Assembly (NCBI GenBank): GCA_963845565.1
Contig: CAWJSJ010000002.1
Coordinates: 800,001 to 864,000, forward strand
Length of the DNA stretch: 64,000 bases
Origin: an uncultured Methylomirabilota bacterium
Lineage (GTDB): Bacteria; Methylomirabilota; Methylomirabilia; Methylomirabilales; 2-02-FULL-66-22
Direction: 5' to 3'
Below, piece after piece: positions 47,377-57,766 of this stretch. Within the stretch, counting starts at the first letter, position 1; each line of letters starts with the position of its first letter. The notes beneath the pieces are model-generated. The model did no database searches, was not told where the DNA came from, and worked only from the letters and a program-made list of their open reading frames with translations. A program made the position numbers and the translations under genes.

Positions 47377-48180
47377 TCAGCGGGCTCGCCGCAACATTGC
47401 GGCGGCGCCACCATTCCTACGGCCTGCGCCCAAAGCCCGAGAGAGCGATTGTGCGTGGGCCTGCAGGCTCGGGACGAGACTGCGCGCGCGCCGATCACTG
47501 AACCTGGGATGTGGACCCGAGATCCCAAGGCTGGCAATGACCTGGTCCTGATGATCGAAAATCGGCACGGCCACACCCCGGGCCCCCAGGAGATTCTGCT
47601 GGAAGCTGACCGCCCAGCCCTGGGCGCATATTTGCGCCAGAATCGCGCGGAGCTTTCTCGGCTCCGTCACGGTGTATGGTGTTACGGCGGAGAGACCCGG
47701 CCGCCGGAGGTACTTGATCAGGAAACTTTCGGGCAGAAAGGCGAGCACGGCACGCCCCAGCGCAGAGGTGTGGAGAGGAACCGGTCGGCCCTTTTCCGGC
47801 ATGAACCGGATGGTATTCGTACTGCAGACCGCCTCGGCGCACACGACCTCGTTGCCTTGCAGCAAGCACAACTGCGAGGTTTCTCCCGACTCTCGCGCCA
47901 GCGCTTCTAGGCTCGGCAACGCGAGGCTTCCGATATCAATGTGGGTCCGCACGACAGCCAGTAACCGGAGGAGGCTCGCGTGCAGCTCGTACCCCTTCCC
48001 GCTGGCGCTCCGGGCGAGCACGCCCTTCTTGCAGAGGGTTGCGGCGAGCCGGTAAGCCGTGCTTTCGGGCAGTTTCAGCGCTTGGGAGAGGTCTTCAAGG
48101 GAGAGGGTTGGCTTCTCTTCCGAGAAGAGGAAGAGGAGATCGATGCCGCGCTCCAGGGATTGGAGAGTTTTTGTGGCCAT
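47377..48180 (-). CDS. IclR family transcriptional regulator
   Basis: SLERGIDLL, LPESTAYRL HTH; PLHTSALGRA; VAVPI..SLGISG. Confidence 0.93.
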   Translation of the reverse strand: MATKTLQSLERGIDLLFLFSEEKPTLSLEDLSQALKLPESTAYRLAATLCKKGVLARSASGKGYELHASLLRLLAVVRTHIDIGSLALPSLEALARESGETSQLCLLQGNEVVCAEAVCSTNTIRFMPEKGRPVPLHTSALGRAVLAFLPESFLIKYLRRPGLSAVTPYTVTEPRKLRAILAQICAQGWAVSFQQNLLGARGVAVPIFDHQDQVIASLGISGPHPRFSDRRARSLVPSLQAHAQSLSRALGAGRRNGGAAAMLRRAR

Positions 48181-48191
48181 AGCGGAGTGTC

Positions 48192-48250
48192 ACTATGTGC
48201 AATTTCACATTTGCATAGTCCAAGTATCATTGTCGCGGATGGGCTGTCAA
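48192..48250 (-). promoter_or_regulatory. iclR promoter with imperfect palindromic operator
   Basis: TTGACA (minus strand, 48245-50); ACTATG..TGCAA...TTGCA..CATAGT dyad at 48192-48219. Confidence 0.45.
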
Positions 48251-48313
48251 GGCCATTCTGGACTTTGCTCGTGCGAACGGGTGAGCACCCCTCCGCTCGG
48301 CAAGCCCTGTCGG

Positions 48314-49012
48314 TTACGAAGTGTTCGCCAGGCGTTCCATGGCCTGGAGGCGGTGGCGCTCGATGGCCCTGCACGCGCGCGGGATGTCACGGGCTTCCAG
48401 GGCTTTCAGGATCTGCTCGTGCTCGACGAGCGATTCGCGGGCGAACCCGCCGCGACGCGCGTGCATGATGATCCGGTAGTACTCGCCGCGATCCCAGAGG
48501 TTTTGCAGGAGCTGCGTGGTCTGCGGGAGTCCTGACGCCTCCCATAAACACCGGTGGAAGGCTCCGTCGGCCGCGGTCGCGCGGCTGGCGTCGTTGGCTC
48601 TGCGGGCGCGAACCAGCTCTGCCTGCTGGGCGCGGAGGCGCACGAGGAGCGCGGGCGCATGCGTGGGTTGCACCTCTCGAAGACACAAGACCTCGAGGGC
48701 GGCCATCAGTAGGAATCGCTCCCTGAATTCCACCGGCGAGGGGCTGGTCACGACAACGTCCTTATGCGGTGTGATGCGAACGAACCCTTCCGTCTCAAGC
48801 CGGCGGAGCGCTTGCATAACAGGGATGCGGCTCACCCCCGACGCCGTCGCCAAGGTGTTCACGACCAGCCGTTGCCCGGGAGAAAACCGGCCCTCGGCGA
48901 TGGCGTGGCGGATATCCTGATACGCCAGCCCCTCGAGGGTGCGGTGCTTGCGGATAGACGGGAGCGGCGCGACCGAACTCGGCTGAGCGTGGCGCAGAGC
49001 GTTCCGCACCAC
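48314..49012 (-). CDS. GntR (FCD) family transcriptional regulator
   Basis: GVSRIPVMQALRRLETEG; DGAFH, EHEQIL, IERH. Confidence 0.9.
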   Translation of the reverse strand: MVRNALRHAQPSSVAPLPSIRKHRTLEGLAYQDIRHAIAEGRFSPGQRLVVNTLATASGVSRIPVMQALRRLETEGFVRITPHKDVVVTSPSPVEFRERFLLMAALEVLCLREVQPTHAPALLVRLRAQQAELVRARRANDASRATAADGAFHRCLWEASGLPQTTQLLQNLWDRGEYYRIIMHARRGGFARESLVEHEQILKALEARDIPRACRAIERHRLQAMERLANTS

Positions 49013-49137
49013 TCCGGGAGCGTCGAGGAGTCGGCATGGGACGCGACGGTTTCGCCGGGTCTCTCGTCTCGCGTGGGACGTCAGGGGAGATGCGGGCAGA
49101 TCGCCTCATTCGTCGCACCAGGATCCTGCAAACGGAT

Positions 49138-50418
49138 CTAGCGTAAGGGCATGACGAGGTCTGGAAGCCAGGTTGAGAGGATCGGCACGTAGGTCACAAT
49201 CCCCAGGCAGAGAATGAGGGTGACGATCAATGGCCAGGCCTCCCGGCTGAACTGCCCGATGGAGATCTTGCCCAAGGAGCAGACCACGTACATGATGGTG
49301 CCGACGGGGGGGGTGATGGTACCGATCATCGCGTTGAGGACGAACACCACCCCGAAGTGGAGCGGATCGATCCCGGCCGACTGGAGGAGCGGCATCAACA
49401 CGGGGACCGCCATCACCATCACCGCCAACCCTTCCATGAAGCAGCCAAGCACCAGGAGAATCACGTTGAGGATCAGCAGCAACACCGCCTTCGACAACTG
49501 CGCGTCCTGGAAGAGGGCGAGCACCTTCATGGGCGCCTGCTCGTATGTAAGAATCCAGCTCATCGGCTGGGCCGCCGAAATGATGATGGCGACGGCGGCC
49601 GTTCCCATCACCGACTCGGTCAGAATCTTGGGAAGATCTTGGAGCCGAAGTTCCTGGTAGATGAAGAAGCCGAGCACGAAGGCATACATCGCGCCGGCCG
49701 CCGCCGCCTCCGTCGGCGTCATGACGCCCAAGATGATGCCGCCCAGGATGATAATCGGCATCCCCATAGGCGGAACGGCATGGAGCGCCGCCCGCGCAAG
49801 CTCGCGTTGACTTGCGCGCAACTCGGCAGGATATCCGCGCCGCCTAGCGACCACGCAGATGTAGGCCATGAGCATGAGACCCATCAGGACGCCTGGCACC
49901 GCACCGGCCAAGAGGAGCCGGCCGATGGAGGTATTCGCCAGGGAGCCGTAAATGACGAAGGGAATGCTTGGGGGGATGATGGGACCGATGGTCCCGGCCG
50001 CGGCGACGACGGCTGCCGCAAAGGGCACACTGTAACGCGCCCGCTGCATAGCGGGGATGAGCACCGATCCGGAGCCAGCGGCGTCGGCGATCCCCGAACC
50101 GGACATGCCGGCCATGATCATGTTGGTGACCACGACCACGTGGGCGAGTCCGCCCCGGATGTGGCCGACCAGGGCCTTCGAGAAGCCGACGAGGCGGTTG
50201 GTGACCCCGCCCGTGTTCATCAGGTTTCCGGCCAGAATGAAGAAGGGAATCGCCAGCAGCGGGAAGGTGTCGATGCCGCCGATCATCCGCTGTATGACAG
50301 CCTGTAAGGGGATTTTCGGGCCGACGATCATGTAGACGGTGCTAGCCATGGCCATGGACCAGGCGACAGGCATGGCGATGGCGAAGAGGGCCAGCATGAG
50401 CAGAAACAGCGTGATCAT
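49138..50418 (-). CDS. dctM: TRAP transporter large permease
   Basis: FPLLAIPFFILAG, AGMSGS..ADAA, IIPPSIP, ITPPVG. Confidence 0.95.
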   Translation of the reverse strand: MITLFLLMLALFAIAMPVAWSMAMASTVYMIVGPKIPLQAVIQRMIGGIDTFPLLAIPFFILAGNLMNTGGVTNRLVGFSKALVGHIRGGLAHVVVVTNMIMAGMSGSGIADAAGSGSVLIPAMQRARYSVPFAAAVVAAAGTIGPIIPPSIPFVIYGSLANTSIGRLLLAGAVPGVLMGLMLMAYICVVARRRGYPAELRASQRELARAALHAVPPMGMPIIILGGIILGVMTPTEAAAAGAMYAFVLGFFIYQELRLQDLPKILTESVMGTAAVAIIISAAQPMSWILTYEQAPMKVLALFQDAQLSKAVLLLILNVILLVLGCFMEGLAVMVMAVPVLMPLLQSAGIDPLHFGVVFVLNAMIGTITPPVGTIMYVVCSLGKISIGQFSREAWPLIVTLILCLGIVTYVPILSTWLPDLVMPLR

Positions 50419-50909
50419 CGCTCGCCCCTCTGTCCGGCTTGCCGGATGCGCCGCCCGAGACTCCCCAGGGATCGTAGCGCAATGAGCGCGGCCGACGCCG
50501 GCACGACCACGTAGACGACCGACATCGGCACGTACAGGGTCGACGTGGGCTGCGTCGTGAAGGTCGTCAGGAGCCAGCCGTAGTACGCCAACACGGTCAT
50601 CAGTGCGAAGGTGAGGGCGTCCACGAGCGCCGCGAGACCGGCCTGCACCCGAGGGGGGAGAGAGAGCGCAAGGCCGTCAATAACGATGTGACGCCCACGC
50701 TTGGTGCACACGGCAGCCCCCAGGAAGACGATCCAAATGAAGGCGTAGCGGGAGAATTCCTCAGCCCATTCGAGCGGGCTATTGAAGAAATACCGCGCCA
50801 CAACGTTTCCGAAGGTGGCGAGCGACATCAGGACAAGGAGCGACCCGGAGGCGATTTCCTCGCCGTTGGAAACCAGGAGGCGTAAGGCTTTCACGCAGAT
50901 TCCCTCCAA
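50415..50909 (-). CDS. dctQ: TRAP transporter small permease
   Basis: RYFFN..EWAEEF, GRHIVID. Confidence 0.92.
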   Translation of the reverse strand: MEGICVKALRLLVSNGEEIASGSLLVLMSLATFGNVVARYFFNSPLEWAEEFSRYAFIWIVFLGAAVCTKRGRHIVIDGLALSLPPRVQAGLAALVDALTFALMTVLAYYGWLLTTFTTQPTSTLYVPMSVVYVVVPASAALIALRSLGSLGRRIRQAGQRGER

Positions 50910-50947
50910 GGACCGGGACGGCCCACCGTGGTAGGCGGATGGTGTGG

Positions 50948-50981
50948 GCAGATGGGAGGAGGGCTCCCGCCTCCCATCTGC
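50948..50981 (-). terminator. Intercistronic stem-loop between dctP and dctQ
   Basis: Perfect 12-bp IR GCAGATGGGAGG / CCTCCCATCTGC. Confidence 0.55.
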
Positions 50982-50995
50982 GCGTGTCGAGTATC

Positions 50996-52036
50996 CTAGT
51001 TCTGCGCTGCGAGGATCTTCTCGTACAGTCCCTTGCCGAGCTTCCCCTCGAAGTCCTTCCAGGCGTTCTTCGTCTTCTCCGCAAACTCGGGCCGGTTCAC
51101 CGTATTTACAACCACTCCCTTCTTCTTCATATCCTCCAGGTTCTCCTTATTCACTTTGATCTGGAGAGTGCTCTGGAAATCCCCGGCCTCCATCGCGGTC
51201 TTCTCGAACAGCGCGCGTAGCTCCGGAGACAGGCTTTGGTAGAACTTCTCGTTGATGATCGCGCAGAGGTTTTGCGTCTGGTGGCCGGTGAGGGTGATGT
51301 ACTTTTGGACTTCATAGAGCTTCGCCGTGTAAATGGTGTTGATCGGGTTCTCCTGACCGTCCACGACCCCCATCTGGAGCGCCGAGTAGACTTCCTGCAT
51401 GGACAACGGAGTCACGGCGGCGCCTAGCGCGGCCATCGGCAGCCGAGCCAGGGGCGCATCCGGGGTGCGGATCTTCATCCCCTTGATATCGTCAACCTTG
51501 ACCACCTGCTTCTTCCCGGTGGTCAGATGGCGCATGCCGTAAAACCAGTTCGGATCCAGCACGCGGAGGCTGCTGATTCCAGGAGCCTTGGCAGTTGCCT
51601 CCTGAAGAATCGGACCCCGAGCCAGCCGATTCAACACGGGGAGCTGTTCTTCCTCCGTGGCGGTCTTCATCACGTACGGCATGGCAAACACCCCGATGGC
51701 TCCCCACCCGTCAATATTCGCGAGAAACGTTCCACCGATGACTGCCATATGGATCAGGCCATTCCGAACCTGCTCCACGATGTCTTTTTCGCTGCCGAGC
51801 TGTCCGTTGGGAAACACCTGGACATTGATCGCGCCCCCGGTCCGTTCTTTCATCAACTCCGAAAATTTCACGGAACCCTTGTTGACGGAAGTCTCAACCG
51901 GAATCACGTGGGCGAGCTTGATGTCCATTTTGGGGAAAGACGGTGCGCCGGCGATGCTTCCGCGCGGGGAAAAAGCCAACCCTACGAATAGCAGAGAAAT
52001 CGCCACACTTACTGCCAGCACAAATCGTTGTGTCAT
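50996..52036 (-). CDS. dctP: TRAP transporter substrate-binding protein
   Basis: VFPNGQLGSE, GMKIRTP, VVDGQENP. Confidence 0.94.
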   Translation of the reverse strand: MTQRFVLAVSVAISLLFVGLAFSPRGSIAGAPSFPKMDIKLAHVIPVETSVNKGSVKFSELMKERTGGAINVQVFPNGQLGSEKDIVEQVRNGLIHMAVIGGTFLANIDGWGAIGVFAMPYVMKTATEEEQLPVLNRLARGPILQEATAKAPGISSLRVLDPNWFYGMRHLTTGKKQVVKVDDIKGMKIRTPDAPLARLPMAALGAAVTPLSMQEVYSALQMGVVDGQENPINTIYTAKLYEVQKYITLTGHQTQNLCAIINEKFYQSLSPELRALFEKTAMEAGDFQSTLQIKVNKENLEDMKKKGVVVNTVNRPEFAEKTKNAWKDFEGKLGKGLYEKILAAQN

Positions 52037-52313
52037 CTCTCTCCTCACATTTCCGTCCAGAGCCTTGAAACGGTCCAATGTCGTTGTTCCACAAAACCAT
52101 GAGTGACACCAGCGTTGGGTTCAGCGTGCGCACGCCCGGAAAAATCTCCGGAATCCCACCTCCCTTCGTTGTCGGAGCCGCAATCGGTCCCAGCGCGCTC
52201 CCGGGATCGTGATTGGACTCTCCCTTGTGCGTCGGCCCGCGACGGAAACGTGGGGGCCGATGGGCTCGTACCACTTCGCGGGTTCACGTCCCTGCTGTCT
52301 TGAAACGTGGCTT

Positions 52314-52342
52314 TTGTATCTAACATACAATTCATTTGTCAA
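52314..52342 (-). promoter_or_regulatory. TRAP operon promoter with GntR-type palindrome
   Basis: TTGACA (minus strand, 52337-42); TTGTAT-N5-ATACAA at 52314-52330. Confidence 0.6.
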
Positions 52343-52575
52343 GCGCGTTCTCGGACACGATCGCCCCGATAGGCAATCTGGAATCGAGCGCCGGGAACGA
52401 GCAGAGGTTTGTGATCGGCGTCGCCGCGGAGGCAAGGGGCCCCTCGCGACGGCCACACTTGATACGGCGCGAAAGAGGTTCTATAGTCGGCCGGCTTTCG
52501 TGGAGCGAGCATATGGACGCGGTGGGCGGCGCCACCGTGCCGTGCGCGACGCGGTGGCGGGGGCAAGCGGGACGG

Positions 52576-53875
52576 CTATCCGCCATAGACCGGGGTCTCA
52601 GCGTACGATTGCATCTTGCACTTCGAGACCTCTCGCGGCGGCGACGCGATCTCGGGCGGGACAGCCGACATCATATCGATCATGTCGTACTTATCCTTCA
52701 TCTCGCTTTCTTTCTTGGTGCGGGCCAGGTAGAGCATCTGCCCCACGAGGTGATCCCATTCCCGGATCACCGACGGGATACTTCCGGAAGTTGTCCTTGA
52801 TCACATGCCCTTCCAGCGCCTTGATGACGTCGTGGCTCTTCGTGGTGCCGGCCCGCTCAACCGCGCGCAGCAGTTCCCGCGCGGCGAGGTACCCGTTGCA
52901 GGAGACGTTGTCCGGAACGGGAATCGGCGCGGAGGCCCAGCGCTTCCGGAAGCGCTCGGTGAACTCCTTCACGCCGGGCTCGTCCAGGGTGTAGTGCCAG
53001 GTGGTGCAGAAATACCCGAAGGACTTCTTCACCCCCAGCGTCACCATGTCGGGGAAATCCTGCTGCGGGAAGACCCAGGCGGCGTCCTTCTCAGCCCCGA
53101 ACTCGGCCGCCTGCTCCCGCAGAGCCGTCTGCTCTATGCCTGCCATGTTGGCGATCACCACCTGGGGCTTGACGCTCCGGATCCGAAGGAGCTGGGCGCT
53201 GAAATCGCGCGCGCCCTGCGGGATGAACAACTCGCCCATCTCCTCCGCGCCCACCTTCTTCATGACGTCCCGGGTGACGGCCGTCGCGTTCTTTCCCCAA
53301 ACATAGTCGTGGGTCACGAGGAACCATTTCTTGCCCAGCTCTTTCACGACCAGCGGGCCGAGGGCGTTGGCGAACATCCAGTTGTTGGCGTCCCACACGA
53401 AATTCGTCCGTTGACACTTCTCGTTGGTGACCGTGTCTGAGCTGGAATTGCTGTTGCAGTAGATGATCCCGTATCGCTGGGCCAGGTCCGACAGCGGGGC
53501 GGCCACGCCGCTGGAGAGGGCGCCCATCATAAAATCGATCTTGTCCCGCTCGATGAGCCGCTGCGCCTTGCGCACGGCCACGGACGGATCGGTTTCGGTG
53601 TCTTCCCACTTGTGCTCGATAGGCCGGCCCAGGACGCCGCCCTTGGCGTTGAACTCCTCGATGGCCAGGATCATCCCACGCCGCTCGGCCTGGCCGCTAT
53701 CGGCGAAAGTGCCCGTGGCGTCGCAGGTGAGGCCGATGAGGATCGGCTTCTTGGCCTGGGCCCTCGCCCAGCGCCACGGGCCGATGAAACTAACTCCCAC
53801 ACCGAAGCCGGCGGCAGCCTTCAGGACCTGCCGCCGCGTCAACCCCTTGTTCCCGTGAGCCGATCGGTTCCGCAT
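52576..53875 (-). CDS. Tat-exported HAAT-family ABC substrate-binding protein (+1 frameshift near 52775)
   Basis: LTRRQVLK twin-Arg signal; TGTFA..G, NAKGGVLGR, DYVWG; C-terminus (SVIREWDH...VYGG*) in the shifted frame. Confidence 0.88.
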
Positions 53876-54059
53876 GGCATGACCCTCCTTTGCCGCCTCA
53901 CCCATCACAGGCCATTCGCTGGCGAAGCCGCCCCACTCGAATCGAATAGACCAGAACGAAACCAGGAAGCGAGAAAACCGGCCTCGGCCGACGGAGCACG
54001 ACCGGCCAGGGCAGGGCCGAACCGGGGAGACGATACGGGGGGAACCAGAACTGGCGGGG

Positions 54060-54088
54060 ACGCTAACACCGGCGATGAGACGTGTCAA
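54060..54088 (-). promoter_or_regulatory. Putative sigma70 promoter for the ABC binding-protein gene
   Basis: TTGACA-N17-TAGCGT. Confidence 0.55.
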
Positions 54089-54295
54089 GAGAGAAAGGAC
54101 AATCTTCGGACGTGTCCTCCCGTGCAAACGGTACTGCGATCACGGTGACGTCTTCGACGCTGATCCGGGATCGCATACGCGGGCGACTGGGCTTGCTGAT
54201 CCGGATGGGAGGCTTTATAGTCTGCCGACCCCTCTTGGCCCGGTTCACATTGTTCCACGGTCTCATCGGCGAGAGAGCAAGGACGAGGACGCCAG

Positions 54296-54793
54296 ATGCT
54301 GCATGCTGGGATCGACAAGCGAGCGATTCTGGACGCGCTCATCGAGCAGGTCGAGACGAAGCTCGGGGAGCTCAAGGCGGGGTACGGGGCGGCGCGGGAC
54401 GCGGTGCTGAGCACGCCGCACGTCATGAAGGGCAAGCGGGAGGTGTCCGGTCAGGAGTCGGCGTACCTGGCGAATGCGCTGGCCTTGAACATTCAGGAGC
54501 GAGAGCGTGAACTCCGCACGCTTCGGGGGATGCGGCTCCCGGAACGGCCGGATCGCGTGGCGCTGGGCTGTCTGGTAGGTGTGGGCGCAGCGGACGGGGC
54601 GCTCGTTGGGCTCTACTTTGTGCTTCCGGTGTGCGGGGGGATGGAGATTCCGGCGGCGGGCGGCGACACCCTGGTGCGGGTGGTGACGCCGGGGACGCCA
54701 GTGGTCAAGGCCCTCCTGGGCAAGACCATCGGCGAGGACGTCACGCTGCCGACTACACCGCCCTGCGAAGCGATTGTCCGGGCATTGCTGTGA
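54296..54793 (+). CDS. GreA/GreB-related protein
   Basis: N-terminal helical hairpin, ESAYLA; C-terminal VVTPGTPVVKALLGKTIGE resembles Gre SPLG.ALLG...G. Confidence 0.72.
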   Translation: MLHAGIDKRAILDALIEQVETKLGELKAGYGAARDAVLSTPHVMKGKREVSGQESAYLANALALNIQERERELRTLRGMRLPERPDRVALGCLVGVGAADGALVGLYFVLPVCGGMEIPAAGGDTLVRVVTPGTPVVKALLGKTIGEDVTLPTTPPCEAIVRALL

Positions 54794-54830
54794 TCACCAG
54801 TTTCGTATGCGGCCGTAGGAAAACGGCACC

Positions 54831-56039
54831 ATGAACCCCCAATCCCAAACCCCCAAACCCGAGCCCCGACTTTGGGATGCCACCTTTGGGTGGTTTCTGG
54901 CCCTGTTCTTTCTGTGGAATGTGGGGATGGGGGCCTTCTCTCCCCTCCTCCCCAAGGTCATGGATGGCCTGCAGCTGTCGTTCGCTGCCGCCGGCCTGCT
55001 GGGGAGCGCCTTTGCCATCACGCGGTTCCTGGTGGACATTCCGGCCGGGATCCTCGCCGACCGCCTCGGGATGTCCTGGCTGCTGCACGGGGCCGCGGCC
55101 TTGCTCCTCGGGGGATCCGTACTGGCCGCGGCCGCAGGTTCCTTCGAGGCGATGGCGATAGCGCGGGGGCTGACCGGGATCGGCTCCGGACTGGCCAATA
55201 TCATCTCAGTGCTCTACCTGATGCGGCGTGGGGCCGCCGCCCACCGAAGCCGTCGAGCCAACCTGTATGAACTGGCCGTCATCGCCGGGATGGCTGTCAG
55301 TGCCGACGCCGCCGGCGCCATCGCCACGGCCTGGGACTGGCGGACCAGCTTCGGCCTCGCGGCCGGAATGCTAGGGGGTGTCTGGCTCGTCGGGGCATTC
55401 GGCGCGCTCCCGAACGTCAAGGGCATGTTAGCCGAAGCGCCCACGGCCACCGCGTCCGGGGGTCGTTCGAGCGCCGTCACATCGCGCGGGGCCATCCTGG
55501 CCATCTTCGTGGCCAGCTTCGCCCAGGCGTTCGCCTGGGGCGGCGGCATCTCGACGCTTCTCCCGCTCTACGGGGGCAGCGCGCTCCAGCTCTCGCCGGC
55601 CGTCATCGGGCGGGCCATGGCGGTGGCTTTCTGGATCGAGGTGTGCCTGCTCTACCCGGTCGGCTGGGCCGCCGACGTTTGGGGTAAGGCCCGTGTGATG
55701 ATCCCCGGCTTCGTTGCCATGTTGCTGGGGACGCTTCTGGTCCCGTGGGCGACGGGTCCCGCGAGCTATGGAGTGGCGTTCGCCATCCTCGCTGCCGGCA
55801 TGAGCGTCTGGATGATGGTTCCCGCGCTGATGGCGGAACACCTGGCAGGCGGGTTCGGCGGCAAGGCTGCCGGCCGCTATCGGCTGGTCACGGATTTCGG
55901 CTTCATCGTGGGCCCCGCGACCGTCGGTTGGCTCATCGGTCGGTTCGGTTTCGCGACGGGCGCCGCCGCCATCGCGATGGTCCTGGTTGTCTCGATCCTG
56001 CTGAGCAGCCGCTTTCTCGGCAGCCCCCGCCGAACCTGA
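54831..56039 (+). CDS. MFS transporter
   Basis: About 12 TMs; motif A GILADRLG and GWAADVWG. Confidence 0.9.
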   Translation: MNPQSQTPKPEPRLWDATFGWFLALFFLWNVGMGAFSPLLPKVMDGLQLSFAAAGLLGSAFAITRFLVDIPAGILADRLGMSWLLHGAAALLLGGSVLAAAAGSFEAMAIARGLTGIGSGLANIISVLYLMRRGAAAHRSRRANLYELAVIAGMAVSADAAGAIATAWDWRTSFGLAAGMLGGVWLVGAFGALPNVKGMLAEAPTATASGGRSSAVTSRGAILAIFVASFAQAFAWGGGISTLLPLYGGSALQLSPAVIGRAMAVAFWIEVCLLYPVGWAADVWGKARVMIPGFVAMLLGTLLVPWATGPASYGVAFAILAAGMSVWMMVPALMAEHLAGGFGGKAAGRYRLVTDFGFIVGPATVGWLIGRFGFATGAAAIAMVLVVSILLSSRFLGSPRRT

Positions 56040-56323
56040 TGCCTGGGTGCCCTTCGCCTGCCCTATGGACTGCAACGCAAACCGGACCCAGTCCATCCAC
56101 AACCGCCCCTCGCGGCTGACAGGGCCGACCGCCCATCCTGCCGCTTCTGCGGTGGTGCGGGCCATCTGTCAGGTCATTTCTTTCCGATCTTTCCGACGCC
56201 CCTCAACCGGTCTCCAATACCTACAGCGCTCAATGGCAGTTGAAACGTACGGTTACCCGCTGCGCATGGCTTCCTATAGTCATGGACAATCCGAGGCACA
56301 GTTCTCGCACCTCTCTGAACGCC

Positions 56324-57526
56324 ATGGTTCCGCGCCACGTTCTCTACCACCGATCCGCGATCGGGATGCTCCTCTTGATTTCGCTCGGGGTCGGCTGCTC
56401 TCATGGCTCCATCCCGCATCTTGCCGTGCAAGACCAGATCGAGGGCGGCACTGGCGCCGCTGCGCTGCCGGCGGACCAACCAACCCGCGGTGCGCCGGCA
56501 GCGACCGCGTCCGCCCCCTTCACTCCCCGAGAAACCTTGTCTGCTGCCGAACCAGCCACGCCTTCGTCGCCTGCAGAGGAAACTCCCCCCAGAATCGGAC
56601 CCGCGCCGCCGACCGGGGTCGGCGCCCCCATGTCCGAGTTCCCGGTTGTGCTCAACCAACGTGTCAGGCTTGCCCTCAAATACCTCCAGACACACCGTTC
56701 GGCCGTCATTGCTCAGGCCTTCTGGCGAGCGCGCCGCTATGCAGGCATGATGCGCGCGATCTTCCGGGAATATGGCCTACCCGAGGAGCTCGTCAACCTC
56801 GCCTTCGTCGAAAGCGACGTGAATCCACGCGCGACCTCTGGCGCCAATGCCGCGGGCATCTGGCAGTTCGTCCCGTCCACGGCGCGCTCCTACGGGATGC
56901 GAACCACCGCGTCCCTCGACGAACGCCGCGACCCGGAGAAGTCCACCCGCGCGGCCGCCGAGCACCTTAAGTCTCTCTACGGGCGTTTCCGGGCGTGGCC
57001 GCTCGCCCTGGCGGCCTACAACGCCGGCGGAACCGCCGTCCAGCGCGCCATCGACCGGCAGAAGACCCGAGATTTCTGGAAACTGCGCCTGCCTAGCGAA
57101 ACCAGGCGCTTCGTTCCAAAGTTCATGGCCATGACCATCATCTCCCGCGACCCGGGCCGCTACGGCTTCTCGCCGCCGCCCGAGGAGCCGCACGACGTCG
57201 AGGTCCTGCACGTCAGCCAGCCCACCGAGATTCGGCACATCGCCGATGCCGCGGGGACCACCGTGACGCACCTTCGCGACCTGAACCCGGAACTGGTTGG
57301 CCCCGCTACTCCGTCCGATCAGGCCCGCTATACGCTCCGAATCCCCCGGCGCTTCACCTGGGTCTCCCACAAAGTTCAAAAGGGAGAGACCCTCGCCATG
57401 GTCGCGCGGCGCTACAAGGTCAGCCCCCAGATGCTGCGCGAGGCCAACAAGCTCAACCCGAGCGATGACCTCACAATGGGCCGAGTCCTTCTCGTCCCGA
57501 CGGCGGCGTCACCGCCACCTGCCTAG
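56324..57526 (+). CDS. MltD-like lytic transglycosylase with LysM domains (lipoprotein)
   Basis: Lipobox LGVGC; AFVES, AAGIWQF, ALAAYNAG, ETRRFVPK; LysM HKVQKGETL; start uncertain. Confidence 0.9.
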   Translation: MVPRHVLYHRSAIGMLLLISLGVGCSHGSIPHLAVQDQIEGGTGAAALPADQPTRGAPAATASAPFTPRETLSAAEPATPSSPAEETPPRIGPAPPTGVGAPMSEFPVVLNQRVRLALKYLQTHRSAVIAQAFWRARRYAGMMRAIFREYGLPEELVNLAFVESDVNPRATSGANAAGIWQFVPSTARSYGMRTTASLDERRDPEKSTRAAAEHLKSLYGRFRAWPLALAAYNAGGTAVQRAIDRQKTRDFWKLRLPSETRRFVPKFMAMTIISRDPGRYGFSPPPEEPHDVEVLHVSQPTEIRHIADAAGTTVTHLRDLNPELVGPATPSDQARYTLRIPRRFTWVSHKVQKGETLAMVARRYKVSPQMLREANKLNPSDDLTMGRVLLVPTAASPPPA

Positions 57527-57766
57527 ACCCGCCTTCGCCCCCAACGATACGACCCTCGCGAAAATCGCCGCCGCGCCGATCGAGTTCCTCGTCGCGTCAT
57601 AGTTAACGCATTCGTCGGGATTTTGTCTCCGCTGTGAACTGCTCCCCGATACTCGCCTGCGGGGCCCTTACCCTCTTCCCTGAAATGCGGCGCCTAACTC
57701 AAAATCGGTCCGAATGATATTACGGTGACAGATCGATCGCTGGGAGGTTCTGACTGAAAAACACTA

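Noticed and set aside
57540..57720. Additional attC sites (CCCCAAC...GTTAACG; GCCTAAC near 57692)
   Set aside because: I could not find convincing internal dyad symmetry or a matching cassette ORF.
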